From a virus (Duplodnaviria > Caudoviricetes): a stretch of DNA of 55,101 bases. The DNA is taken from positions 1-55,101 of IMG/VR virus record IMGVR_UViG_3300031862_000774. One strand, 5' to 3'. Below the pieces are notes generated by a model. That model was not told the origin of the DNA and made no database searches. It saw only the letters and a program-made list of their open reading frames with translations. The translations under genes were made by a program, and so were the position numbers. Shown in pieces: positions 36,443 to 46,000 of this stretch. Every line of letters begins with the position of its first letter. Within the stretch, counting starts at the first letter, position 1.

Positions 36443-37856
36443 ACCTGAGAAATCCAGGGTCTTCGTCTATACGAGCAAGAAAAAGCTTGTCCCCCAAAAG
36501 GAGCTGCGGAAGTTCGAGCTCACGAAGGACTCGAAGCAGGTCTCGGCGGAGGAGAAGCAGTTCTTCCACCTGGGCCTGGTCAGCCCGCCGTTCCCTCCGG
36601 AGTCATTCCTCCAGCTCATGGACTCGAACGTCTACTTCGACCGCTGCGTCCGGCAGATCGCCCAGGATACGGCCGGCCTTGGCTGGAAGATGGTCCTGAA
36701 GGAGGGGAAGGAGGAAGTCGACCAAGAGAGGCAGGAGATCGAGGCCTTTCTCCGGAAGCCGAACACGAAGCACCCGGATGAGTCCATGAGGGACATCATC
36801 CAGGCGTCCGTCATCGACCTCGAATCGGTCGGATGGCTCGGCCTCGAGGTCGTCCGGAGTCTGGGAGGGCAGGGCATGGAGCTCTATCACGTGCCGGCGC
36901 ACACCTTCAAGGTCCACAAGTCGAGAAAGAAGTTCTGTCAGCAGCGGAACCAGCAGAAGGTCTGGTTCAAGGCGTATGGCGAGAAGCTGGACATCGATAA
37001 GGATACCGGGGAGGCCGGGAAAGAGGGATTGAGCGAGGCGAAAAAGGCGAATGAGCTCCTGTACCATAAATCCTACTATGCCAAGTCCGATTATTATGGC
37101 GTACCGCCGATTCTGAGCGCCGTCGGCTCAGTCATGGCCTTGATCGGGATCCGGGACTATAACCTCGCCTTCTTCGAGAACTACGGAGTCCCGGCCGCGA
37201 TCGTTGTTCTCGAGGGTAACTGGGAGGAGGGCAGCGACGAGAAGCTCAGGGATTTCCTCGACACGGAAATCAGGAGATCTGAGAATGCTCATAAGACGGC
37301 CGTCCTAAGAGTGGCCGAGGGATGCAAGGCCACCTGGACCCCCCTTGTTACCGAAGTCAAAGAGGGGGCCTTCAAAATCTACCTCAAGATCCTGCGCGAC
37401 GAAGTCCTGGCGGCCCATTCCATGCCAGGCTACAGGATCGGGATCACGGAGACCGGTTCGCTCGGCGGGTCGACGGCCCGGGAGGCGACCGAGACCTACC
37501 TGTCCACGGTCGTGGAGCCGCTCCAGGAGACCTTCGAGGAGATTCTCGAAAAGCTCTTTCTCGACCGAGGCTGGGTCAATTACAGGGTCGAATTCGTGGA
37601 CATTGACGTCAGGGACATCGATGCGGAGGTCAAGCGCTGCGACATTCTCATCCGCATAGCGTCGATGAACCCGAATGAGGTCCGCAACCGGCTCTCGATC
37701 GGCGAACCCTACGAGGGAGGCAACCAGTTCTACATCGACTCGAGCCTGGTCCCCGTGGGCAGCGAGGGACTGGAGAAGGGGGATAAGTTCTCGGTCGCCC
37801 TCGATGAGCTGAGAAGGGGCCTGAGGAAATTGATCGATGAGCAAAAAGTTAGTTGA
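36429..37856 (+). CDS. Portal protein (PBSX/XkdE-like)
   Basis: YYGVPP, FFENYGVP, MNPNEVR; follows TerL. Confidence 0.9.
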   Translation: MSVSKPEKSRVFVYTSKKKLVPQKELRKFELTKDSKQVSAEEKQFFHLGLVSPPFPPESFLQLMDSNVYFDRCVRQIAQDTAGLGWKMVLKEGKEEVDQERQEIEAFLRKPNTKHPDESMRDIIQASVIDLESVGWLGLEVVRSLGGQGMELYHVPAHTFKVHKSRKKFCQQRNQQKVWFKAYGEKLDIDKDTGEAGKEGLSEAKKANELLYHKSYYAKSDYYGVPPILSAVGSVMALIGIRDYNLAFFENYGVPAAIVVLEGNWEEGSDEKLRDFLDTEIRRSENAHKTAVLRVAEGCKATWTPLVTEVKEGAFKIYLKILRDEVLAAHSMPGYRIGITETGSLGGSTAREATETYLSTVVEPLQETFEEILEKLFLDRGWVNYRVEFVDIDVRDIDAEVKRCDILIRIASMNPNEVRNRLSIGEPYEGGNQFYIDSSLVPVGSEGLEKGDKFSVALDELRRGLRKLIDEQKVS

Positions 37857-38667
37857 GCTTCACGATCTTGTCGTCGCATTCCTGAAGCGGACCGGCTACA
37901 GGGAGCGGCAGCGCGCTCGGGCCCTCGCGGGCGAAGGGGGAGTCCGCAAGAAGCTCGAGTCGAGCGTCAGGGGATGGATCCAGTTCATGCGCCAGCAGGC
38001 CGTCCCACTCGAGGAGCCGGACGAGGAGAGGCTCCTGGACTGGAAGGAGATGGAAACGAAGGGCGGGCGTATGCTCCGGGCTGCCTACCTGGACATTCTG
38101 AAGACCTTGGCTGAGCGGGCGGGCGTCTCGAAGCAGGAGGCCGCCGGGGTGCTCAACACCCAGGCCGTCACCTGGGCCGAGCTCTTCGCCGCCAGGATCA
38201 TCAAGCAGATCATCGACGAGACGAAGAAGGCCGTGCGCTCAATCATCACTGCGGGACTCAAGCAAGGGCTGTCCATGCCGGCTATCAACATGCAGCTCCG
38301 TCCGATCATCGGGCTGAATGACCGCCTGGCCGGCGCAGTCAGCCGCTACTCGACCGAGCTTTTCACCCGCCCGAAGTGGGCCGGCCTGACCGACGAGGAC
38401 CGCTTCAGCCGGATCGAACGTTATGCCCAGAAGCTCCAGCGCTACCGGGCGGACAATATCGCCAGGACGGAAACGGCGCACGCGATGGACGAGGGGACGC
38501 TTTTCCGGTACGAGGAGTTCGGGGTGAAGGAAGCGGAAGTCCTCGCCGCTCCCGGCGCCTGCCCGGTCTGCGCGGCGCTGGATGGCCAACGCTATCCCGT
38601 GGCCGAGGCCCATGGGATCCTGCCGGTCCATTGCGATTGCCGCTGCGCCTGGGGGGCTGCGTCATGA
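37837..38667 (+). CDS. MuF / SPP1 gp7-like minor head protein
   Basis: RADNIARTET, CPVCAALDG, PVHCDCRC. Confidence 0.88.
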   Translation: MSKKLVELHDLVVAFLKRTGYRERQRARALAGEGGVRKKLESSVRGWIQFMRQQAVPLEEPDEERLLDWKEMETKGGRMLRAAYLDILKTLAERAGVSKQEAAGVLNTQAVTWAELFAARIIKQIIDETKKAVRSIITAGLKQGLSMPAINMQLRPIIGLNDRLAGAVSRYSTELFTRPKWAGLTDEDRFSRIERYAQKLQRYRADNIARTETAHAMDEGTLFRYEEFGVKEAEVLAAPGACPVCAALDGQRYPVAEAHGILPVHCDCRCAWGAAS

Positions 38668-41486
38668 AGATAGAAGACATCTCGGCCGAGACGATCAAAA
38701 AGGTGGATGACCGGGAGCTCCGCAACCTGCGCTTCAGGTTCATCCAGCTCTGGGAGGGGACCTTCTCGAAGAGACACGGGCCCGAGGTCGCCGATTTCCT
38801 GAGTCATTACAGGATCCTCATTGGCGAGATGAACAGTCGCGGGATCGAGAGGCAGAACATCTATGACATCGATCGGGAAGTTATGAAGGGCGTCCTCTAC
38901 GGCTTTTCTCCTCAGGCCCTCGATGAATTTGTTTATATCCCCGATTTTGTCTCGATTGGCGGCAGTTATGTAAATTCGCCAAAGGGCGCGAATGACATCG
39001 ATCTTGTTATCAGGAAGGAAGGCTGGGATGAAGGATTGATTTTAAAGCTCGGCCGGATTCTGAAGGAACTCGGAACGGATCGGCTGCATTTCGTCTGGTC
39101 GCAAACCGGTCCGCATAGCAGTTACATCCCCGTCTTCGACTTGGTCCTGCGGCCGAAGAACGGATTCCAGAGGGTGGAGGTCGACGAGGGGCGGATCGCC
39201 AAGGCCGACGGCACCCAGGATGGCGGGCCCGTGGACAAGACGTCGTTGACGTTGGGCCGGCCCTTCACGCCCCTCAAGTCGCGCGGCGGGTATGGTGAGT
39301 ACGAGTTCGCCGACATAGACGTCCTCTGGACGACCTGGGCCCAGGGGTACATCCCGGAGCCCGGCGTGGCCGTCGAGACGAAATTCGACGGATTCCGGAT
39401 CCAGGTCCACAAGAGGCGAGACGAGGTCAAGATTCTCTCCGAGGACGCCCAAAGGGACCTCGCTGACAGGCTCCCTGACGTTGTCAAGGAACTCGAGAGT
39501 TATCCTGGCGACTTCATCCTGGACGGTGAGCTTCTGGTCTATCTCGGGGATAAGAAGGTCGAGCGGAGGGACATGCCCTCTTATCTGACGACGAAGGAGC
39601 CCGGGCCATTCAAGGCCATCGTCGAGTGCTTCGACTGCCTGTGGCGGGATGGCAAGCCGCTGAATGACCAGCCGTGGATGGAGCGCCAGAAGGCGCTAAC
39701 GGAGCTCTTTGGGAAAGTCGACGAGAAGCTTGTCCGGCGGGTCCAGTCCTCCCTGACCCACAGGGAAGCCGATTTCCGATCAGCCGTGAAGCGATGCGCC
39801 GCCGTCGCGCATTCGGAAGGCGCGATGTGCAAGGTCGTGAATTCCGAATACCCCCTGGATGGCCACACGCAGGAGTGGGCGAAATTCAAGAACTTCAAGA
39901 GCCTGGCCGTGAAGGTGACCGGCAAGGAGGCCAAGGAGGGCGGCGGCTGGATCTACACGTGCGAAATCGCCCAGGGGATACCGATCGGCCGGACCTACGC
40001 GACGTCACTCGAGGCGAAGGTTGGCGACGTCATCGAGATAGCGGCCGCGGAAGTGAAGCACGACGAGAAAGAGGACAAGTTCACCTGGGACAACCCCATC
40101 CCGAGGGAAGTGAAGGCCGGGGGCACGGCGCTGACGACGAGAGAGCAGGCCCTGGCCCTGTCGCGGCTGGGCCGGACGGCGCAGAAGGCCGAGGGCAGGT
40201 TGACGTACGCGGCGGGGGACAAGGGCACGGGCATCGCCCAGGTCCACATCATGGGACTCGATGAGAAGCAGGTGGGGGAGCTCAAGAAGGTCGGGGACAG
40301 GATCCGGGTGGCCGCGGCTGAACCGGCGAAGCTCAGGGCCGTACTCTTGGGGGCGATCGGCAACGCCGGCGCGCACGTGGACATGAGGCTGAGGAAAGGG
40401 ACGGCGAATTTCTGGGAGGGCAACGAGATCTTCATCGGGAACCTCGAGGGGCTGCCGAAGCTCGACAAGCTCAAGAAGGAGGGCGAGAGCCTGCGCAGCG
40501 ACTGGAAGGTGCCGCACAAGGACGAGCCCCGGGGCGAGACCATCCAGGGTCCGCTCGGCTGGATGGAAGCCGGCGCCCGCCAGCCTGACATCTTCCAGCC
40601 TGGGGAACCAGGGGCCACCACCAACAAGTACGGCGCGATGATCAGGATAGACAAGTTCACTTGGACCATCTATTACGCCAAGGAGGACGGCCACGCCTAC
40701 AAATTCCACTTCGACGGCGGCGTCTATCTCGACGGAAACTTCCTCTGGGCCTATGTCCCGATGGCCGAGGGCCGGATGTGGATGGTCAGGCGGCTGGACG
40801 ATGACGACGACAAGCAGCCCATGGAGAAACGGGAGCACGATCCCGGGTACGTTGCCGAGACCGAGCGCATCAACGAGAACAAGGAGAAGCCCGAGGCCTC
40901 GAAGCCTCATGAGTTCAAGAGGGCCCAGTGGACGTTCCCCAACGGCCATCCTCGCTGCCTGATGTGCGGCCAGGAGGAGCCCATAGGCAAGGTCTGCAAC
41001 ATGCCAGCCGGCTGGTATAAGAGACGCGAATGGGACGATGAGGCCGGCTGGGCGGAGGAACGCAAGAAGCTCAGGACCGAGGGCGTCATCAAATCGAAGG
41101 AGCCGCTCGCCAGGCCGGTCCAAAAGGACCTCGAAGTCTTCATCTTCAAAGAGGACCAGCACATTGCCGGCGGCATCGTCTACGAACCGGACACAGTCGA
41201 CGGCCAGGGAGACTGGGCCTCGGAGGATGACATCCGGGAGGCCGAATATTACTTCATGGAAAACTCCCAGCAATTCAAGGTCCGCCACAGGGGGGAGCCG
41301 GACCCGACCATCCGGATCCTCGAATCCTTCCTCGCGCCGGCGGATTTCAAGATAAACGGCCGTTTCGTTAAGAAGGGCAGTTGGTATCTCACCCTCAGAA
41401 TCAACAACGAGGCGGTCTGGCAGCAAATCAAGGAAGGGAAACTCACCGGGTTCTCGCTGGCCGGGACGGCGATGGAAGAGGCCTGA
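38664..41486 (+). CDS. 940-aa fusion: NTase-like + ATP-dependent DNA ligase + LigD-type phosphoesterase + XkdF-like prohead protease
   Basis: GGS..NDIDLVI; ETKFDGFR, FILDGEL, FDCL, EGAMCK, WAKFK; QVH...HVDMRL...YG..RIDK.TW; GIVYEPD..DGQGD...H...GSW...GFSLAG. Confidence 0.8.
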   Translation: MKIEDISAETIKKVDDRELRNLRFRFIQLWEGTFSKRHGPEVADFLSHYRILIGEMNSRGIERQNIYDIDREVMKGVLYGFSPQALDEFVYIPDFVSIGGSYVNSPKGANDIDLVIRKEGWDEGLILKLGRILKELGTDRLHFVWSQTGPHSSYIPVFDLVLRPKNGFQRVEVDEGRIAKADGTQDGGPVDKTSLTLGRPFTPLKSRGGYGEYEFADIDVLWTTWAQGYIPEPGVAVETKFDGFRIQVHKRRDEVKILSEDAQRDLADRLPDVVKELESYPGDFILDGELLVYLGDKKVERRDMPSYLTTKEPGPFKAIVECFDCLWRDGKPLNDQPWMERQKALTELFGKVDEKLVRRVQSSLTHREADFRSAVKRCAAVAHSEGAMCKVVNSEYPLDGHTQEWAKFKNFKSLAVKVTGKEAKEGGGWIYTCEIAQGIPIGRTYATSLEAKVGDVIEIAAAEVKHDEKEDKFTWDNPIPREVKAGGTALTTREQALALSRLGRTAQKAEGRLTYAAGDKGTGIAQVHIMGLDEKQVGELKKVGDRIRVAAAEPAKLRAVLLGAIGNAGAHVDMRLRKGTANFWEGNEIFIGNLEGLPKLDKLKKEGESLRSDWKVPHKDEPRGETIQGPLGWMEAGARQPDIFQPGEPGATTNKYGAMIRIDKFTWTIYYAKEDGHAYKFHFDGGVYLDGNFLWAYVPMAEGRMWMVRRLDDDDDKQPMEKREHDPGYVAETERINENKEKPEASKPHEFKRAQWTFPNGHPRCLMCGQEEPIGKVCNMPAGWYKRREWDDEAGWAEERKKLRTEGVIKSKEPLARPVQKDLEVFIFKEDQHIAGGIVYEPDTVDGQGDWASEDDIREAEYYFMENSQQFKVRHRGEPDPTIRILESFLAPADFKINGRFVKKGSWYLTLRINNEAVWQQIKEGKLTGFSLAGTAMEEA

Positions 41487-41500
41487 GCATCCATCCTCTT

Positions 41501-41561
41501 CCCTCACCTTTTGTGAAAACCCCCTCACTTTTTTGACCGCCAAGAGAGAACTCCTTATATT
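41501..41561 (+). promoter_or_regulatory. Putative late promoter 2 with tandem CCCTCAC boxes
   Basis: CCCTCAC at 41501 and 41522; TTGACC (41533) - 17 bp - TATATT (41556). Confidence 0.72.
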
Positions 41562-41743
41562 AGGGTTGAACGCAGGTGCAAATTAAGGGCGCCTGAAAAT
41601 CGCTTGTGCCTGGCGGAGTCCCGCAGGGGAGCCCGGCCGGACAAGCCGATGACGCCAGCGAGTCCCTTCCTCCGATCGGAGCTCGCCACGGGTCGGCGAC
41701 GCTTCATCTGACCTGAAAGAATCCGAATAGCCGAGGTGCAGAC

Positions 41744-42349
41744 GTGGCCCGCAGACTGATGGACATCAAACCGAAAGAGGTCAGCCTCGTCGAGCGGCCC
41801 GCTATTCGCAAGAGATTCTATGTCACCAAGGAGGAACAAGACATGGACGAGTTAATTGCGCTTCTAAAGGCAATCGTAGGCGAGGCCTCCAAGGAGGAGA
41901 CCGAGGCTCTGAAGGCACTGGGCGCCGATGCGGTCGACGCCCTCAAGAAGGCGCTGAGCCTTCTGGGTAAATATGTCGCCGACTTCCCCGATGACGTGAA
42001 GACCGCGATCTCGACCCTGGCCAAGTTCGCGAGCTACGGCTACCCGGCCCCCAAAAAGGAGACAGATGAAGAGAAGAAGGCCAGGGAGGCCAAGGAGAAA
42101 GAGGAGAAGGACACGCTCGAGAAGAAGTTCGGGGGCATCGAGAAGCAGCTCCAGGACATCGCCGGCCAGGTCAAGAGGAGCTCCGAGGACCTCGCGGGGA
42201 AGGTGGACGCGGTCAAGCAGGTCGCCGACGGCCTGGAGACCCGAGTCAAGAAGGTCGAGGAGATCCCCGGGATCAAGAAGAGCCTCGATGGCCAGGACGG
42301 CGACCCGGAGCCGGGCAAGTGGCCTTCGTTCTTTCAGAAGGAGGAATAG
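41744..42349 (+). CDS. Scaffold-like protein with N-terminal XkdF-type EVSLVERPA peptide; internal start at 41843
   Basis: GAGG RBS before GTG 41744; AAGGAGG before in-frame ATG 41843; coiled coil; precedes MCP. Confidence 0.7.
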   Translation: MARRLMDIKPKEVSLVERPAIRKRFYVTKEEQDMDELIALLKAIVGEASKEETEALKALGADAVDALKKALSLLGKYVADFPDDVKTAISTLAKFASYGYPAPKKETDEEKKAREAKEKEEKDTLEKKFGGIEKQLQDIAGQVKRSSEDLAGKVDAVKQVADGLETRVKKVEEIPGIKKSLDGQDGDPEPGKWPSFFQKEE

Positions 42350-42351
42350 CC

Positions 42352-43620
42352 ATGAAATCACCCAAACAACTGCTCTCTAAGGTAGCGATCCAGAAGGGGT
42401 TCTTCCCCTCGACCATCAATTTCACGGCCGAGGAGGCGGACAAGTTCCTGGACTACGTCATCGACCAGAGCGTCCTCAAAGACCACGCCAGGTTCGTCAA
42501 GATGGCGAAGTCCACCAAGAACGTCCGGGCCATCGGGCTCGGGACCGGCCGGGTGATGTGGCCGGAAGCCGCCTTCGATTCGACGAAGTACCAGACCGCC
42601 GGGACGGCGAACCTGATCGCCCTGACCTCGAAAAAGGCCCGGGGCGGGGTCAAAGTCCATGACGACGACCTCGAGGACAACATCGAAGGCGAGGCCTTCG
42701 TTGACCATCTCCTGCAGATGATCGCCAAGCAGATCGGGAACGAGCTGGCCGAGGCCTACTACAGCTCATACGCCACGCCGGACGGGCAGACCCCGAAGGA
42801 CATCTTCGACATCTGGAACGGCTGGCGCTACAGGATCCTCAACCAGACAAACCTGGTCACGGGGTCAGCAACCATCCTGGACGGCCGCAGCGCGAGCGAC
42901 TTCGCCTTGGCCAACGGGTACATCGCTGAGCAGAATCCCGCCGCTCCCTATAACTGGGAGTTCAAGTTCTCCAAGGCCCTGAAGAAACTCGCATCCAAGT
43001 ACAAGAGGCTGGGCCTCGAAAACTTCCGCTTCTTCGTCAACGACCAGCTCGAGCAGGATTACGTCGACTCCCTGGCTTCCCGGTCGACCATCGTCGGAGA
43101 CAAGGCCATTATCGAGGGCGGGGACCTTAAATTCGGAAAGGTCCCGATCGTGGGCTGCCCGCTCATGCCAACGAACCTGCCGGTGCCCGTGGCCAGTGGG
43201 GGAGACACGACAGTCGACGCTGATTCGGCTGCCGAGCAGAAGGTCCTCAACACCGCCGCGACCGACAATTTCACGGTCGGCGATTACGTCTACGTCTTCA
43301 AGGCAGGGCTCGAGTACAAGTCCGAGATCTGCAAGATCGCGTCGATTCAGGCCGGCATCTCCCTGACGATGGTGGACAACCTCGTCTGGGCGCACGCGGG
43401 TGCCGATGCCGAGACCGTCAAGGAGGTCACGCTCGACGGGGCCGACTGCATGCTCACGCACAAGGAGAACTTCATCATCGGGCTGGAGCGGGACATCAAG
43501 ATGGAGACCGAGAGGAAGGCATCCGAGGAGTCGACCTACTTCTTCTACTCCATTCGCTCCGACATCGCGGTCGAGAACCTGAACGCCGTCGTCTTCATCA
43601 AGAACCTCAAGATCCGGTGA
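42352..43620 (+). CDS. Major capsid protein (XkdG-like) with inserted domain
   Basis: EADKFLDYVIDQSVL, DDLEDNIEG, ENFIIG..RDIKME; position after scaffold. Confidence 0.85.
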   Translation: MKSPKQLLSKVAIQKGFFPSTINFTAEEADKFLDYVIDQSVLKDHARFVKMAKSTKNVRAIGLGTGRVMWPEAAFDSTKYQTAGTANLIALTSKKARGGVKVHDDDLEDNIEGEAFVDHLLQMIAKQIGNELAEAYYSSYATPDGQTPKDIFDIWNGWRYRILNQTNLVTGSATILDGRSASDFALANGYIAEQNPAAPYNWEFKFSKALKKLASKYKRLGLENFRFFVNDQLEQDYVDSLASRSTIVGDKAIIEGGDLKFGKVPIVGCPLMPTNLPVPVASGGDTTVDADSAAEQKVLNTAATDNFTVGDYVYVFKAGLEYKSEICKIASIQAGISLTMVDNLVWAHAGADAETVKEVTLDGADCMLTHKENFIIGLERDIKMETERKASEESTYFFYSIRSDIAVENLNAVVFIKNLKIR

Positions 43621-43829
43621 TGAGCTACAGAGCCTGGAATTTCGGGCCGACGCGCGAGATTCCGTACAAGGGACAGCCCGTCTTCCTGCAGAAGGACTCG
43701 TTTATTGATACGCAGGATGAGGGACTCGTGGCCGAGTTCAAGAAATTCCCCTACATCGAAGTCGAGGAGATCGCCCAGCGCCAGCAGCCGCAGAATAGGA
43801 GCAAGGGGAAGAGACAGGGCAAGAAGTAG
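43617..43829 (+). CDS. Small virion-module protein
   Basis: Coupled to MCP. Confidence 0.55.
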   Translation: MMSYRAWNFGPTREIPYKGQPVFLQKDSFIDTQDEGLVAEFKKFPYIEVEEIAQRQQPQNRSKGKRQGKK

Positions 43830-43867
43830 AAGCGAGTCCGGCTCCCTTTTTTTAGGAGTGCGGAGGC

Positions 43868-44413
43868 ATGTCGAACTACATCCAGAAGACTGACATTGAC
43901 AACTGGCCGGCGGGCCTGAGCGACGAAGCCAAGCAGGCGCGGATCGACAGGGCCGAGGCGGACGTCGAGAGGATCACCCGCGACGTTTTCTACGAGAAGG
44001 ATCTCGACCTCAAGGCCAGCGGTAACGGCAAGGACAAGCTCTTCCTGCCGCTCCGGCTCAGGGTCCTCGACGTGAGCTCCATCTTTATCGACGGCGAGGC
44101 ACTGCCAGCGGGAAGCTGGGCCTTCAACGAATATTCGGTCTGGCGGACTGATGATGGTATCTTCGATCAGGGCCGGAGCAATGTCCAAGTCCTGGGGAAG
44201 TGCGGCTGGAAGCCGACGCCCGAGGATGTCAAGAAGGCCGTCATCATTATGGTCAGGGATGAAAATGACCAGACGCTCTATAAGCATTTCATCGAGGGAA
44301 GCGAGACCTTGGGGGACTACCGCTACGATAATCCGGCGCCGGTCTATACGGGGATCCTGGACGCGGACCGGATTCTCCATCGCTACATCAATAGGAGGGG
44401 CGTGTTTCTATGA
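43868..44413 (+). CDS. Head-tail adaptor
   Basis: AEADVERIT, GW..TPEDVKKA, SETLGDYRY. Confidence 0.75.
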   Translation: MSNYIQKTDIDNWPAGLSDEAKQARIDRAEADVERITRDVFYEKDLDLKASGNGKDKLFLPLRLRVLDVSSIFIDGEALPAGSWAFNEYSVWRTDDGIFDQGRSNVQVLGKCGWKPTPEDVKKAVIIMVRDENDQTLYKHFIEGSETLGDYRYDNPAPVYTGILDADRILHRYINRRGVFL

Positions 44414-44733
44414 ACGGGCTCTGCAACCTGAAGGCCGACTTCGAGAGATTGACGGGCAGGACCGAGGATGGCATAGGCGGGCACGAGGAGGTCTGGACAC
44501 CGTTCAAGACGGGCTGGCCGTGCCGGATGCAGTCGCCGAGGGCCCGGGAGCAGGCCTACCTGGACAAGCGGGAGATCAGCGCCGACGCCGTTGTCTACGG
44601 CCCCTATTTCGCCGGGCTCACGGAGAAGGATCGAATGAGGCTCGACGGGAGGACGTTCTCGATCTCCCTTGTGGATAACTGGAACCAGGCGGGCATCTTC
44701 CTGAAGATCTACGTCCAGGAGTCGAAGGAATGA
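44410..44733 (+). CDS. Head closure / head-tail joining protein
   Basis: EDGIGG..EVW, DRMRLDGRTFSI. Confidence 0.75.
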   Translation: MNGLCNLKADFERLTGRTEDGIGGHEEVWTPFKTGWPCRMQSPRAREQAYLDKREISADAVVYGPYFAGLTEKDRMRLDGRTFSISLVDNWNQAGIFLKIYVQESKE

Positions 44734-45089
44734 AGATCAAGCTCGAAGTCAAGGGCATGGAGGAGATCAATAAAGCCATCTCGGAACTCGCAAAAAAATG
44801 CGGGACCCTGTCAAAGGAGGAGATTAAGAGTATCGCCCAGGCCACGGAGAGGCGCTCCAAGGAGAACCTGATCGCGAATAAATCGGTCGTGACCGGGACC
44901 CTGCTGCGGTCAATGACGACCGATATCCTGAAGGATGGCGCTGAGGCCGAGGTCGGCACCGTCACGGATTATGCGCCCTATGTGGAGCTCGGGACTCGGC
45001 GGTCAAGGGCGAAACCCTATCTCGTGCCGGCTTTCGAGGAATCGATCCAGGGGGCCGATGAAAGGATCAAGGGGAAGCTCGAGAAATGA
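44730..45089 (+). CDS. HK97 gp10-like neck protein
   Basis: VTGTLLRS, YAPYVELGT, AKPYLVPA. Confidence 0.85.
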   Translation: MKIKLEVKGMEEINKAISELAKKCGTLSKEEIKSIAQATERRSKENLIANKSVVTGTLLRSMTTDILKDGAEAEVGTVTDYAPYVELGTRRSRAKPYLVPAFEESIQGADERIKGKLEK

Positions 45090-45472
45090 AATCGCCGGAA
45101 CTCGCACTCCAGGAGGCCCTCTACCAGCGCCTCAAAAATTCACTCAGCACTCCGGTCTATGACGCCGTCCCCGACGATGCACCCTATCCCTTCGTCGCCC
45201 TGGGTGAGACCACGGCGGTCGACGAGTCGGCCAAGGGAGAGAATGTACTGAAAGTGACGTCGACTCTCCATATCTTCTCCCAATATGCCGGGATGAAAGA
45301 GGCGAAGGATATCCTGAACCAGATATACATCGCCCTGACGCAGCGGAAGCTCGATCTCAGCCCGGATTTCCGCATTATCCGGGACAAGCTCGACGGGGTG
45401 ACGAACCTCAGGGAGGATGAATCGACGCGCCACTCGGTCGTTCGCTGGTGGTATCTCATTGAGGAGGAGTGA
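45086..45472 (+). CDS. Tail terminator (DUF3168-like)
   Basis: LQEALYQRL, VYDAVP..APYPFVALG. Confidence 0.82.
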   Translation: MKSPELALQEALYQRLKNSLSTPVYDAVPDDAPYPFVALGETTAVDESAKGENVLKVTSTLHIFSQYAGMKEAKDILNQIYIALTQRKLDLSPDFRIIRDKLDGVTNLREDESTRHSVVRWWYLIEEE

Positions 45473-45475
45473 CCC

Positions 45476-46000
45476 ATGAAAAAAAAAGATAAGTCCGAAG
45501 TGATTGAGGAGGTCGGGAACACGGAAGAGGCCCCGGCTCCACCGACGCTCGTTGATGAGCGGGGGAAGCCTCTGGCTCGAGAGGAGAAATCGAAACCTGA
45601 GAGGCCGCCCGTTATTGTCAATCTGGGTGGAATCATGAGGTCGAAAATCCAGGGCCTTTCTGTCTTTGACGATAAGGACGAGACGAGAGACATCCCACGC
45701 TGGGTCGAGATGCCCTGGACCATGCTGACCGTGGCCGGCGAGTGGAATGAGGATGAGGATATCGCCCTTCCCGTCTCGATCTATTCCAGAGGCTATCAAG
45801 ACGCGCTTTCCCTTCTCGACTACATGATCGGGATCGGAACGGAGGGAGTAGAGACTGACGGCGTGCGGGTCTGGCTCCATGCCGTCCAGCATGCTGTCAA
45901 AAGAGTCATCGGGAAAGTTCTCTATAAGGTGGAGCTTCGCTACATTTTCCGCCTGAAGAGAATCCCCGAGGTAATTTTAGAGGAGGTTAAAAAACCATGA
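45476..46000 (+). CDS. Hypothetical tail-module protein
   Basis: Between tail terminator and tail tube. Confidence 0.55.
   Translation: MKKKDKSEVIEEVGNTEEAPAPPTLVDERGKPLAREEKSKPERPPVIVNLGGIMRSKIQGLSVFDDKDETRDIPRWVEMPWTMLTVAGEWNEDEDIALPVSIYSRGYQDALSLLDYMIGIGTEGVETDGVRVWLHAVQHAVKRVIGKVLYKVELRYIFRLKRIPEVILEEVKKP

Noticed and set aside
38376-38663. N-terminal 96 aa of the 1036-aa ORF call
   Set aside because: Overlaps MuF out of frame; ATG 38664 with ATGA coupling is the plausible start
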